Below, piece after piece: positions 1 through 10,128 of a stretch of DNA of 64,000 nucleotides. This stretch comes from an uncultured Clostridia bacterium (GTDB taxonomy: Bacteria; Bacillota; Clostridia; TANB77; CAG-508), in the NCBI GenBank assembly GCA_947632605.1, contig CANRPX010000007.1:4882-68881 (forward strand), read 5' to 3'. Positions within the stretch are counted from its first letter, which is position 1, and each line of letters starts with the position of its first letter. The position numbers and the translations under genes were made by a program. The notes under the pieces were generated by a model that had not been told where the DNA came from, did no database searches, and worked only from the letters and a program-made list of their open reading frames with translations.

Positions 1-633
1 TCAAGAATGTACTTATTAACTAATATTACCCAAAAAGTTTTTTCTACTACATATAAAGTCTCAATTGGTGGACATGGGAATAGCTATTTAGAAGAGAATT
101 TTCAGTCTACTGAAGAAGTAAATACAGCGATTAATGATGTTCAAAATATAAAAAATGAAATAATAAATAAAGTAAGAAACTTAGATGAAGTTAAGCAAAT
201 CGAATTTGTACATGATTATTTAATAGATAATACAGAATATGACTTAAATGCAGGAGCAACTATATATAATGCTTATGGTTCTTTAATAGATAAAAGAGCT
301 GTTTGTGAAGGATATGCAAAAGCATTTAAATATATTTTAGATGATCTTGAAATACCTTGTATAATAGTTTGTGGAACTGGTACAAATAGTGCAAATCTTA
401 CAGAAAGTCATGCATGGAATTATGTTTTTGTAAAAGGAAAATGGTATGCTGTAGATGTAACATGGGATGATCCAATAATAAGTGGATTTTTACCAGGAGG
501 ATTACCAGATAATGTTAGATATGCTAACTTTTTGAAAGGTTCTAATGAATTTTTTGGTAATCATGTTGAAGATGAATTTTTATTAGGAAATGTAAGATTA
601 TTATATCCGGAAATAAGTGTAGAAGATTATTAA
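1..633 (+). CDS. Transglutaminase-like (Cys-His-Asp) domain protein, 5' partial. The frame is open to the window edge.
   Basis: A Cys-His-Asp triad is visible in CEGYAKAF, SHAWNYV and DVTWDD, as expected for the transglutaminase-like cysteine protease fold. The ORF runs off the left edge. Confidence 0.55.
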   Translation, partial: SRMYLLTNITQKVFSTTYKVSIGGHGNSYLEENFQSTEEVNTAINDVQNIKNEIINKVRNLDEVKQIEFVHDYLIDNTEYDLNAGATIYNAYGSLIDKRAVCEGYAKAFKYILDDLEIPCIIVCGTGTNSANLTESHAWNYVFVKGKWYAVDVTWDDPIISGFLPGGLPDNVRYANFLKGSNEFFGNHVEDEFLLGNVRLLYPEISVEDY

Positions 634-654
634 ACTTGGAGGAATATTTTATAG

Positions 655-3600
655 ATGAAATTAAACTTAATACTTGGAAGAAGTGGAACAGGTAAAAGTG
701 AATATATTTATAATAATATAAAAAACAAAATGGGAACAAGAAGAATTTTTCTTATTGTTCCCGAACAATGCAATCTTTCTGCCGAAAAAAAGCTTTTTGA
801 CATTTTAAAAGTAAATAGTTTAATAGACATAGAAGTACTAACACTTAGTAGAATGGCATATCGTGTTTCTAATGAGATTGGTGATAATAAAAAACATCTT
901 TCAAAAGTTGGAAAAGATATGCTTATTTTTGATTTATTATCAAAAGAAAAAGAAAATTTAAAGTTTTTAGGAAAATCAGAAAAAAATATTGATACTGTAA
1001 ATAGACTATTTACTGAATTTAAAAAACATCAAATAACAGTTAATAACTTAAAAAGCTTAAAAATAGAAAATGAATATATAAATTTAAAATTACAAGATAT
1101 AGTTAGTTTGTATGAAAAATATGAAGAGAAATTAATAAATAAATTTATAGATGAAAATGATGTTTTGAGCATGCTTGCAGAAAATTTAGATAAAGTTGAT
1201 ATATTTAAAAATACTGATATTTATATAGATGAGTTTTTAGGATTTACACCTCAAGAGTATAAAGTATTCGAAAAACTTTTATTACAATCAAATGAAATAA
1301 CAGTAGCAACAACGACAGATAACTTAAAGAATAATTTACCAAAAGAAAGAGATATTTTTTATTTTAATAAAAAGTATGCTAATAAATTAATAGAAATTGC
1401 AGAAAAAAATAATGTTAAAGTAGATAAGATTTATTTAGAAAATACAATAAAGTTTAAAAATGAAGAACTAAAATTTTTAGAAAAAAGTTTTGGAACTTAT
1501 TTTAAAAAATATGATAAAGAAAATAAAAATATAAAATTATTTTTAGCAAATAATCCATATACAGAAATAGAATATGTAGCACAAAATATCCACAATTTGG
1601 TAAAAAAATGTGGATATAGATATAATGAAATTGGAATTATAACAGAAGAAATTGATAAATATTCAGAAGATGCAAAAGCAATATTTGGAAAGTATGAAAT
1701 TCCTTTATTTATTGATGATAAAAAAGAACTAAATCAAAATATTTTAATAAAATTTCTTATGGCTATGTTAGATATATTTGTTAATAATTGGTCATTTGAT
1801 TCAGTATTTAATTATTTAAAAATTGGTTTATTAGATATAGAAAAAGAAGATATTTATTTATTTGAAAATTATTGTAGAAAATGGGGAATAAAAAGAAATA
1901 AATTTTATGATAGAGAATTTACGTATGAGCCTGTAAATGATGTTCAAGAAAGATTAGAAAATTTACGAAAAAAGATAATAGAACCATTAATAGAATTTAA
2001 AGAAAAAGTATCTCTAGAAAAAAATGTAAATCAAATAACAAAACAAATATATAACTTTTTAATTGATAATAAAATTAATGAAAATTTAGATAAAAAAATA
2101 AAAGATTATAATAACATAGAAATATCTGATGAATATAATACAAGTTATAAAATTTTGATAGATATTTTAGATGAAATATGTTTAGTTTTCGAAGGCGAAA
2201 AAATGACTTTCGAAAAGTATAAAGATTTATTAGAAATAGGATTAAAATCATCTGAAATTGGAAAGATTCCTGCAACACAAGATCAAGTTATTTTAGGCGA
2301 CACAGAAAGAACTAGAAGCAATAATTTAAAAATTGCATTTATAATAGGAATAAATGATGGATTTTTCCCAAAGACTAATAGAGTAGAAGGATATTTTAAT
2401 GATGAAGATAGAGCAGTTTTAAAAGATGCTGGAATAGAGCTTGCAAAAACTTCTATTGATGATTTATATGAAGAACAATTTAATATTTATAGAACTTTAT
2501 TGGCTCCAGAAGAGATGTTATATTTATCATATTCATCTTCAGATAAAGATGGTTCTTCTATTAGACCTTCAACTTTAATAAAGAAAGTAAAAAGAATATT
2601 TCCAAATTTAGTAGAAGAAAGCGATGTAACTTCTAAAAAGTTAGTTAAAACAAATAGAAAAGCAACTTTTGAAGAGGCACTATTTGCATATAAAGAGTAT
2701 TTAGAAGGAAAAGAATTATCTAATGAATGGAAAGATATTTTAAGATATTTCTTTTCTAAAGATAGTGACAGATTTAAAAGAGCTGTTTCAGGAATTTATT
2801 ATACAAATAAACCAGAAGAGATTTCAAAAGAAAATATAGAAAAATTGTATGGTACTTCTTTAAAAACCAGTGTATCAAAATTAGAATCTTATAGAAGATG
2901 TCCGTTTTCTTTTCATTTAACTTATGGATTAAACTTAAAAGAAAAACAAGAATTAAAGTTAGAAGCAATAGATACTGGTTCATTTATGCATGAGGTAATA
3001 GATATATTTTTTAAAGAACTTGATGAAAAAAGTATAAATATTAAAGAGATAGAAGAAGATGAGATTTTAAAAATTGTAAATAAAATTGTACAAGAATTAT
3101 TAGAAATGAGTAAATATTATACTTTTTCTAGTTCAGCAAAATTTAGATTACTAACAAGAAGACTTAAAAAAGTTGTTTATCAATCTATATGCTATATTGT
3201 ATATTCATTAAAATATAGTGATTTTAATGTTTTAGGGCATGAATTAGAATTTAAAGATAATGGCGATTTTAAACCAATTAAATTGGAAATAGATGGTAAA
3301 AATATTGAAATTACTGGAAAAATTGATAGAGTAGATGTTGCAAAATTTTCAGATAAGCAATATGTTAGAATAATAGATTATAAATCATCAATGAGAGATT
3401 TAGATCTATCACAAGTACTATCAGGACTTCAAATTCAATTAATTACTTATTTAGATGCAATTTGTGAACAAGAAGATTTAGTCTCAAGTGGAGTTTTATA
3501 TATGGGACTTATAGATAATGTGGTTAAAAATGCTAAAAATTTATCTGAAGAAGAAATTGCAACTAAAATTAGAAATAACTTTAAAATGAAAGGATTAATT

Positions 3601-3933
3601 TTAGCAGATATTTCAGTTATAAAGTTAATGGATAATAAATTAGAAACTGGAAGTTCAGATATAATTCCTGTATATATTGGAAAAGATGGAACTTTAAGTG
3701 AGAAAAAATCTAGCACAATTAGTAAAGAAAATTTTGAAAAATTAAAACTTCAAGTTAAAGAAATAATAAAAGAAATTGCAAAAGAAATATTGAAAGGAAA
3801 AATTGATATAAAACCTTATAATTATAATAAAAAAACAGGATGTGACTTTTGCAAATTCAAAACAATTTGTATGTTTAATACTAACATAAAAGGAAATGAA
3901 TATAATTATATTACTAAAAAAGAATTAAACTAA
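655..3933 (+). CDS. addB: ATP-dependent helicase/nuclease subunit B (AddB/RexB)
   Basis: The N-terminus has a Walker A motif (LGRSGTGKSEY). The length (1092 aa) and a C-terminal Cys cluster (CPFSF ... GCDFCKFKTIC, the Fe-S/nuclease region) fit AddB. An RBS GGAGG lies upstream. Confidence 0.85.
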   Translation: MKLNLILGRSGTGKSEYIYNNIKNKMGTRRIFLIVPEQCNLSAEKKLFDILKVNSLIDIEVLTLSRMAYRVSNEIGDNKKHLSKVGKDMLIFDLLSKEKENLKFLGKSEKNIDTVNRLFTEFKKHQITVNNLKSLKIENEYINLKLQDIVSLYEKYEEKLINKFIDENDVLSMLAENLDKVDIFKNTDIYIDEFLGFTPQEYKVFEKLLLQSNEITVATTTDNLKNNLPKERDIFYFNKKYANKLIEIAEKNNVKVDKIYLENTIKFKNEELKFLEKSFGTYFKKYDKENKNIKLFLANNPYTEIEYVAQNIHNLVKKCGYRYNEIGIITEEIDKYSEDAKAIFGKYEIPLFIDDKKELNQNILIKFLMAMLDIFVNNWSFDSVFNYLKIGLLDIEKEDIYLFENYCRKWGIKRNKFYDREFTYEPVNDVQERLENLRKKIIEPLIEFKEKVSLEKNVNQITKQIYNFLIDNKINENLDKKIKDYNNIEISDEYNTSYKILIDILDEICLVFEGEKMTFEKYKDLLEIGLKSSEIGKIPATQDQVILGDTERTRSNNLKIAFIIGINDGFFPKTNRVEGYFNDEDRAVLKDAGIELAKTSIDDLYEEQFNIYRTLLAPEEMLYLSYSSSDKDGSSIRPSTLIKKVKRIFPNLVEESDVTSKKLVKTNRKATFEEALFAYKEYLEGKELSNEWKDILRYFFSKDSDRFKRAVSGIYYTNKPEEISKENIEKLYGTSLKTSVSKLESYRRCPFSFHLTYGLNLKEKQELKLEAIDTGSFMHEVIDIFFKELDEKSINIKEIEEDEILKIVNKIVQELLEMSKYYTFSSSAKFRLLTRRLKKVVYQSICYIVYSLKYSDFNVLGHELEFKDNGDFKPIKLEIDGKNIEITGKIDRVDVAKFSDKQYVRIIDYKSSMRDLDLSQVLSGLQIQLITYLDAICEQEDLVSSGVLYMGLIDNVVKNAKNLSEEEIATKIRNNFKMKGLILADISVIKLMDNKLETGSSDIIPVYIGKDGTLSEKKSSTISKENFEKLKLQVKEIIKEIAKEILKGKIDIKPYNYNKKTGCDFCKFKTICMFNTNIKGNEYNYITKKELN

Positions 3934-3984
3934 TATGAATTATTAAATACATATTTGTTTAGAGTAAATTAAAAGGAGAATAAA

Positions 3985-5082
3985 ATGGAAACAACAAGAC
4001 CTACTATTATGGAAGTCGATTTAGATGCATTTGAATATAATGTTCAAAAAATAAAAGAATTTGTAGGAAAAGAAATAGATTTGATGCCTGTTATAAAAGC
4101 AAATGGGTATGGAACATATATAAACAAAGTAAAAAATATAATTAATAAATTTAATATTGTGGCAGTAGCAATAATAGATGAAGCAGTAGATTTAAGAAAT
4201 TCTGGATATGAAAATGAAATTCTAATATTAAATCAACCAGCAAAACAAGAAATAGAAAAAATAATAAAATATAATATTACAGTTGGTGTTTGTGAAAAAG
4301 ATTTTTTAGATGAACTTTCAAAAGTTTCACAAAATGTAAAAATTCATATTGAAGTAGATACTGGAATGGGAAGGACAGGAATACTTCCAAATGATGTAGA
4401 AAGTTTTATAAAAAAAGCAAAATCACATTCTAACATAGAAATAGAAGGAATTTATACACATTTATCTTCTCCAGATACTGATTTTGAATATACAAAAAAA
4501 CAATTAGATTTATTTGATGATGCTGTAAAAGTTGCTAAAAGAGAATTAGAAAATATAAAATATATTCATTCACTTGCATCAAATGGAATTTTGAATTTTA
4601 AAAATAGTAATTATAACTTAATAAGACCAGGACTAATATTATATGGATATAAATCAGAACAAGATACTTATAAAAAAATAGATTTAAAACCTGTATGTAC
4701 ATTGAAATCTAAAATTACATTTTTAAAAGATGTAGAAGAAGGAACATCAATTGGATATTCAAGAACATTTATATCTGATAAAAAAATGAAGATTGCAACT
4801 ATTCCAATTGGATATGCAGATGGATTAAATAGATCTCTTTCAAATAAAGGATATGTAGTTATAAAATCACAAAAAGCTCCAATTGTTGGAAGTGTTTGTA
4901 TGGATAGCATAATGGTAGATGTTTCAAAAATAGAAGATGTGGAAATTGGAACAGATGTATATATTTGGGATAATAAAATAATAACTTTAGAAGAGATAGC
5001 TGATTTAGCTAAAACTATAAATTATGAAATATTAAGTACAATTTCAAGTAGAGTACCAAGAATTTATAAACAAAAAATATAA
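3985..5082 (+). CDS. alr: Alanine racemase
   Basis: The PLP-lysine motif VIKANGYG is present, with overall alr architecture at 365 aa and an RBS AAGGAG. Confidence 0.9.
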   Translation: METTRPTIMEVDLDAFEYNVQKIKEFVGKEIDLMPVIKANGYGTYINKVKNIINKFNIVAVAIIDEAVDLRNSGYENEILILNQPAKQEIEKIIKYNITVGVCEKDFLDELSKVSQNVKIHIEVDTGMGRTGILPNDVESFIKKAKSHSNIEIEGIYTHLSSPDTDFEYTKKQLDLFDDAVKVAKRELENIKYIHSLASNGILNFKNSNYNLIRPGLILYGYKSEQDTYKKIDLKPVCTLKSKITFLKDVEEGTSIGYSRTFISDKKMKIATIPIGYADGLNRSLSNKGYVVIKSQKAPIVGSVCMDSIMVDVSKIEDVEIGTDVYIWDNKIITLEEIADLAKTINYEILSTISSRVPRIYKQKI

Positions 5083-5127
5083 ATTAATGATATTGAAAAA
5101 TATTTTAAAAGGAGAAAATAAAGATTT

Positions 5128-5919
5128 ATGTTTAATGTGCAAAGTGATGAAATAATTTGTAATAGCAAAAATGGAATAGAATATTTACAATTTAAAAAAC
5201 TATTAGATTTTGGAATTAAACATGCATATACATTAAAAGGAGAAAACATTAATTTTAGAAGTGGTTCTAAAGAAGAAAAAGATTCTTATTCAAAAATTTA
5301 TGATGCTATTGGTCTAGATGTAACAACTTTAGTTAAACCATTACAGAATCATACAAGTATAGTAAGATGTATTGATAAAGTAATTAAAAAAGAAGAATTA
5401 AAAAATACAGATGGATTAATAACAGATAAAAGAAATATTGCTTTAACAAGTACAAATGCAGATTGCATATTATTTTTATTTTATGATCCAGTAAAAAAAG
5501 TTATAGCAAATATTCATTCTGGTTGGAAAGGAACATTTCAAAAAATTGCAGAAAAAGCAGTTGTGAAAATGATTAATTATTATAATTGTAAACCAGAAGA
5601 TATTAATTGTTTTATTTGTCCAAGTATAAGAAAATGTCATTTTGAAGTGGATGAAGATGTAAAAGATTTATGTGAAGATATTTTTCTATTTACTAATAAA
5701 ACAAATGAGTTTATAGAAAAAGGAAAAGTAATTGATGGAAAACAAAAGTATATGATAGATACAGTAATGATAAATAAAATATTACTTAAAGAATTAGGAC
5801 TAGTAGATAGTAATATTATAGATAGCAATATTTGTAGTGTATGTAACTCAAATAAAATTAATTCTTATAGAGTAGAAGGAAAAGATTTTAAACTTGCAAC
5901 AGCAATAATTAGTTTATAG
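5128..5919 (+). CDS. pgeF: YfiH/PgeF family purine-nucleoside phosphorylase / peptidoglycan editing factor (DUF152 laccase-like)
   Basis: The family-typical HSGWKG motif and a Cys/His metal-ligand pattern are present, at 263 aa. Confidence 0.7.
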   Translation: MFNVQSDEIICNSKNGIEYLQFKKLLDFGIKHAYTLKGENINFRSGSKEEKDSYSKIYDAIGLDVTTLVKPLQNHTSIVRCIDKVIKKEELKNTDGLITDKRNIALTSTNADCILFLFYDPVKKVIANIHSGWKGTFQKIAEKAVVKMINYYNCKPEDINCFICPSIRKCHFEVDEDVKDLCEDIFLFTNKTNEFIEKGKVIDGKQKYMIDTVMINKILLKELGLVDSNIIDSNICSVCNSNKINSYRVEGKDFKLATAIISL

Positions 5920-5922
5920 GAT

Positions 5923-6486
5923 GTGATATTAATGTATGAAAAATTAGAAGAAATTAATGAAGTAGTAAAAAAATGTACTAAATGTGATTTATGTAAGAAT
6001 AGAACAAATACAGTTTTTGGTGTTGGAAATGAAAATGCAAAAGTTATGTTTATAGGAGAAGGTCCTGGAGGAGATGAAGATAGAATTGGCGAGCCTTTTG
6101 TTGGAAAAGCAGGAAAACTTATGAACCAAGCATTTTTAGGAATTGGAATTTCTAGAGAAGAAGTATATATTGCAAACATTGTAAAGTGTAGGCCACCAAA
6201 TAACAGAACTCCATTAAAAGAAGAAGCAACTGCATGTTTAGATTACTTAAGAAATCAAGTAATGATAATAAAGCCTAAAATAATTGTTTTATTAGGAAAT
6301 ACAGCATTAAAAAATATTTTAGGGGAAGAATATGGAATAACAGCTTCTAGAGGAAAATGGATAGAAAAGAAAGGTATAAAGTATTTCCCAACATTTCATC
6401 CAGCAGCACTATTAAGAGACGAAAGTAAAAAAATTGATTTTTGGAATGATTTGAAATTAATAAAAAAAGAAATGGAAAAGTATTAA
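5923..6486 (+). CDS. Uracil-DNA glycosylase, family 4 (phage SPO1 DNA-polymerase-related type)
   Basis: Motifs GEGPGGDEDRIGEPFVGKAG and NIVKCRPPNNR are present, plus a CxxC cluster near the N-terminus (4Fe-4S UDG). Confidence 0.8.
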   Translation: MILMYEKLEEINEVVKKCTKCDLCKNRTNTVFGVGNENAKVMFIGEGPGGDEDRIGEPFVGKAGKLMNQAFLGIGISREEVYIANIVKCRPPNNRTPLKEEATACLDYLRNQVMIIKPKIIVLLGNTALKNILGEEYGITASRGKWIEKKGIKYFPTFHPAALLRDESKKIDFWNDLKLIKKEMEKY

Positions 6487-6488
6487 AA

Positions 6489-6520
6489 AAGACTACAATA
6501 TAAATTGTAGTCTTTTTTTT
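6489..6520. terminator. Bidirectional intrinsic terminator between convergent genes
   Basis: Perfect inverted repeat AAGACTACAAT-ATAA-ATTGTAGTCTT, flanked by A-run and T-run. Confidence 0.6.
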
Positions 6521-6525
6521 ATATA

Positions 6526-7659
6526 TTAATAATCTTTTTGTCTTACAACTTCTTCAGCTAATAATTTTAATTTATCAAATAATTTCTTAAAAAATTGATA
6601 TCCGTAGGTATGTTTTTCAACATTTGCTAGTTCAGTAGATACAGAGTTGAGTGATAAAATATTTCCATATTTTAATATAAATTCTTTTTTCTCTTCTAAT
6701 AAACTTGAAATATGAGCAGAAAAATCATTAAAGAAATTATAGTTTTGTGTATCAATCAATATATGTCTAAAATTATATAATTTTTTTCTTAAATCTTTAA
6801 TATCTTCTAAAGAACGAACATTGTCTAATTCATTATTAAAACAATTAACAATTATAATATTTTGTGTTTCTAAAGTTTTTTCAAGAATAATACTTTTTAT
6901 TTTATCTATTCTGTCATTTATATTTCTAATTTTATTTATATTATTATAATTTGATGATGATACAGATAAATTATATGTTTCATCTGATAGCATAGCCTCA
7001 TATTGGCAAATCAAATCAAAATTATTTTCAATTTGTTCATATACTTTTCTACTAGTTTTTGCTATAAAAGTATTTTTAAAAATATCATCACTATAAAGAG
7101 TGCTGTGATATAAAGCATAAGTACCAGTAAAATATATCATTTCATTAAGTAAAGCAGTTTGTATAGGATAAAAGTTTGGACTTTCAGTAGATAATTCCAT
7201 GTTATAATATTTTACATTATCTTTAGGTGCATTTGTTGCAACAGAAGCCATGTGTTGAACAGCAGCTTCATTTAATGCCATACCATTATTTTTTAATCCT
7301 TGCATATCATAAAGACCTAAACGTAGTAATCTACCACGTTTATTTTTGATTTCTTGAATGAAATGTAGACATTCATGTAGAGCTAATGTATTTAAATCAT
7401 CTAAATCCATATTTTTGCTAAAATAAATTGAATTATTTTTTGAAAAGTATTTTGCCATAGCCATATCATTAGGCATATCAGCAACGTACATGTCTAGTCT
7501 AGAAATGGCAATAAATAAATCCTTTTTATCAATATTGTGTTCAGGAAAAGCAGCTGTTATCTTTTCAGAAATATTAGCAGCTATTTTATTTATTTCCATA
7601 GTATTCAATTTACCTAAAATAGATATTCCCTCATTTTTTAGAGTAGATTCTATGTTCAT
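6526..7659 (-). CDS. Hypothetical protein with an HExxH motif (possible metallopeptidase-like)
   Basis: A 377-aa ORF with an RBS GGAG before the ATG (plus strand 7670 region). An HECLH motif is present, otherwise no recognisable family. Confidence 0.45.
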   Translation of the reverse strand: MNIESTLKNEGISILGKLNTMEINKIAANISEKITAAFPEHNIDKKDLFIAISRLDMYVADMPNDMAMAKYFSKNNSIYFSKNMDLDDLNTLALHECLHFIQEIKNKRGRLLRLGLYDMQGLKNNGMALNEAAVQHMASVATNAPKDNVKYYNMELSTESPNFYPIQTALLNEMIYFTGTYALYHSTLYSDDIFKNTFIAKTSRKVYEQIENNFDLICQYEAMLSDETYNLSVSSSNYNNINKIRNINDRIDKIKSIILEKTLETQNIIIVNCFNNELDNVRSLEDIKDLRKKLYNFRHILIDTQNYNFFNDFSAHISSLLEEKKEFILKYGNILSLNSVSTELANVEKHTYGYQFFKKLFDKLKLLAEEVVRQKDY

Positions 7660-7955
7660 ATTAGCTCCTTTTAGCTATTGAAATCTTTAGTATCACAAAT
7701 ATATTATACATCAAAAAAAACAAATATAAATATCAACTTTGTTAAGAAACAGTTACATTTGTGTAACAATAAAAAATTTAAAATGTTATTAAAATTTAAT
7801 ATATTTTTAGTAAATTCATAAGAAGTATCGGAAGTAATATTTTTAAGGAATGAAAATCTCTCAAAGCCTTAATATTAAAGGAAATCTAGTTGATTTTATT
7901 ATAATTAATAGTATAATTTAATTAATATGTATTTTATTGAAAGAGAGAGAAAATA

Positions 7956-10013
7956 ATGAAAATCAAAAATTGTAAGAAAAAATTTGTTGGTGCAAGTGTT
8001 TTTCTTTTAGGTTTAATTTTAAGTGGTAATGTATTTGCTACTGACTTAAAATTAGAAACTACTGAAGAATATGAAGCTTGGAAGAATCTTTCACCAGAAG
8101 AGAAGGAAACTTCAATAATGCCACAAACTTTTTCAATTGAAATTCCAAAAGAGATTTTAGAAAAATATGAAACATCAAATGTGCCTGGTTTAATAGGTTC
8201 TTTATTTAGAAGTAGAGAATTTGATTTGAGAACAGTTTCTGCAAGTAGTTATGATTCAAAATTTAACTTAGCAGATAAATTGAATTTAAGAGTGGAAAAT
8301 CAGGGGATTACAAATGAATGTTGGGCATTTTCTACAATTAAATCTATGGAAACAAATATAGCATTAAAAACAGGAGAAAGAAATTTGAAAAACTTTTCTG
8401 AAAGACACATGGATTATTCATCTGTAAGTGATTTTATAGATGGAACAAATTCAAATGGATTGAACAGAAAAGCAGGTGATGGTGGACTTCCAATTATGGG
8501 GTTAGCATATTTAACAAATGGACAAGGTGCTGTATTAGAAGAAGATATGCCTTTTGAGGATAATAAAAATGAAATTTATTTAAAAGATTTGAAAAAAGAT
8601 GTAGATACAGTAGTTACAGATTACAAAACACTTCCAGTTTTAAAGAAAAGCTATACAAAAGATAGATATGGTAATACAACTTCTGTTACTTATTCAGATG
8701 GAAATGGAAAAATTTATACAGATAGTGAAGTAGATGCAATTAGAAAAATTATAAAAGATCATTTAATAAATGAAGGTGCAATAGCTACATTTAATGCTGG
8801 ATCAAAATTAGAATACTATAATGGAGAATCTATATTTTCATCAAATGCATACTATTGTAATGATGTAGCAACAATTAGAGATCATGCAGTTACAATTGTT
8901 GGATGGGATGATAATTATAAAAAAGAGAATTTTAAAGAAGGTAGAAGACCTTCAAAAGATGGGGCATATATAGTATTAAATTCTTATGGAGATGGAGTAT
9001 TTGAAAATGGATATATGTATGTTTCTTATGAAGATTTCTTTATTGAAAGTGAACTATACGGAATATCTAAAACATCTTCAGTAGATTATGATAATATATA
9101 TCAATATGATAATTTTGGTGGAGTATTACAATTAACTTCTTCAGATACAAATACTGGATATATTGGAACAGTATTTAGTAGAGAAAACGTAAAAAATGAA
9201 ATTATAAATCATGTTGGTATAACATTAGGAGATTATGTTGATGTAGAAATTTATTTAAATCCAAGAAATACAAGTATGAGAAAAGAAGATTTAATTTTAG
9301 TTAGTAAATCAAATTCTACTTTAGAACCAGGATATCATAGAATAGATATAACACCAACAAGATTAGAAGGAAGCGATTTTGCAATAGTAGTAAAACAAAC
9401 AGCAAAGTCTGGTAATGGTTTTTCTTTCCAAGTAGAAGCTAATGTTTCAGGAACACCATATAGCACAGTAAGATCTAATAATAAGAGTTATTTTTCTATT
9501 AATGGAGAAGAATGGGCTAATTTATCTAATATACAAGTACAAGGTGTTGATATGTCAAACACTGATGTTTGTATAAAAGGTTTCACAATTATTGAAGATA
9601 ATAGTAGTAAAGACAGCATTAAATCACTTGTATATAAAATTGATAATAAATATATAATGAATGTTTCACATGATACAACAAAATCTGAATTTTTGAAAAA
9701 TATAACAACAGATTTAGGAAAAAGTCTATATGATGAAAATAATAAAGAAATAATTAATGATTCTGATATAATCAAAACAGGTATGAAATTAAGATTATCT
9801 AATAATGAAGAATATACATTAATTGTAAAAGGTGATAGTAATTCAGATGGTCAAATTACAATACTAGATGTATCAAGACTTTCAGGATATTATGTAGGAA
9901 TTGAAAATAATTATTTAAATGAAAATGAGAAAAAAGCATTAGACCTTGATTTAGATGGAAAAGTCTCAATATTGGATTTATCACTATTAGCAGAAATATA
10001 TAATTCAATTTAG
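7956..10013 (+). CDS. Secreted papain-family (C1A) cysteine protease with a C-terminal type-I dockerin module
   Basis: It has a signal peptide. The catalytic Cys is in NQGITNECWAFS, His in DHAVTIVGWDD and Asn in LNSYGDGVFENGYMYV. The C-terminus carries two dockerin calcium-binding segments (DSNSDGQITILDVSRLSGYY and LDLDGKVSILDLSLLAEIY). Confidence 0.75.
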   Translation: MKIKNCKKKFVGASVFLLGLILSGNVFATDLKLETTEEYEAWKNLSPEEKETSIMPQTFSIEIPKEILEKYETSNVPGLIGSLFRSREFDLRTVSASSYDSKFNLADKLNLRVENQGITNECWAFSTIKSMETNIALKTGERNLKNFSERHMDYSSVSDFIDGTNSNGLNRKAGDGGLPIMGLAYLTNGQGAVLEEDMPFEDNKNEIYLKDLKKDVDTVVTDYKTLPVLKKSYTKDRYGNTTSVTYSDGNGKIYTDSEVDAIRKIIKDHLINEGAIATFNAGSKLEYYNGESIFSSNAYYCNDVATIRDHAVTIVGWDDNYKKENFKEGRRPSKDGAYIVLNSYGDGVFENGYMYVSYEDFFIESELYGISKTSSVDYDNIYQYDNFGGVLQLTSSDTNTGYIGTVFSRENVKNEIINHVGITLGDYVDVEIYLNPRNTSMRKEDLILVSKSNSTLEPGYHRIDITPTRLEGSDFAIVVKQTAKSGNGFSFQVEANVSGTPYSTVRSNNKSYFSINGEEWANLSNIQVQGVDMSNTDVCIKGFTIIEDNSSKDSIKSLVYKIDNKYIMNVSHDTTKSEFLKNITTDLGKSLYDENNKEIINDSDIIKTGMKLRLSNNEEYTLIVKGDSNSDGQITILDVSRLSGYYVGIENNYLNENEKKALDLDLDGKVSILDLSLLAEIYNSI

Positions 10014-10128
10014 TTGTAAAAAAAATGTAATAAAAACACGTAAATGTAATAAAAAATTATGTAAAATATCTTGATTTTTGCGCTATAAACGTTTATACTT
10101 ATGTAAAGGAGTATTTTAAGGAGTATTT

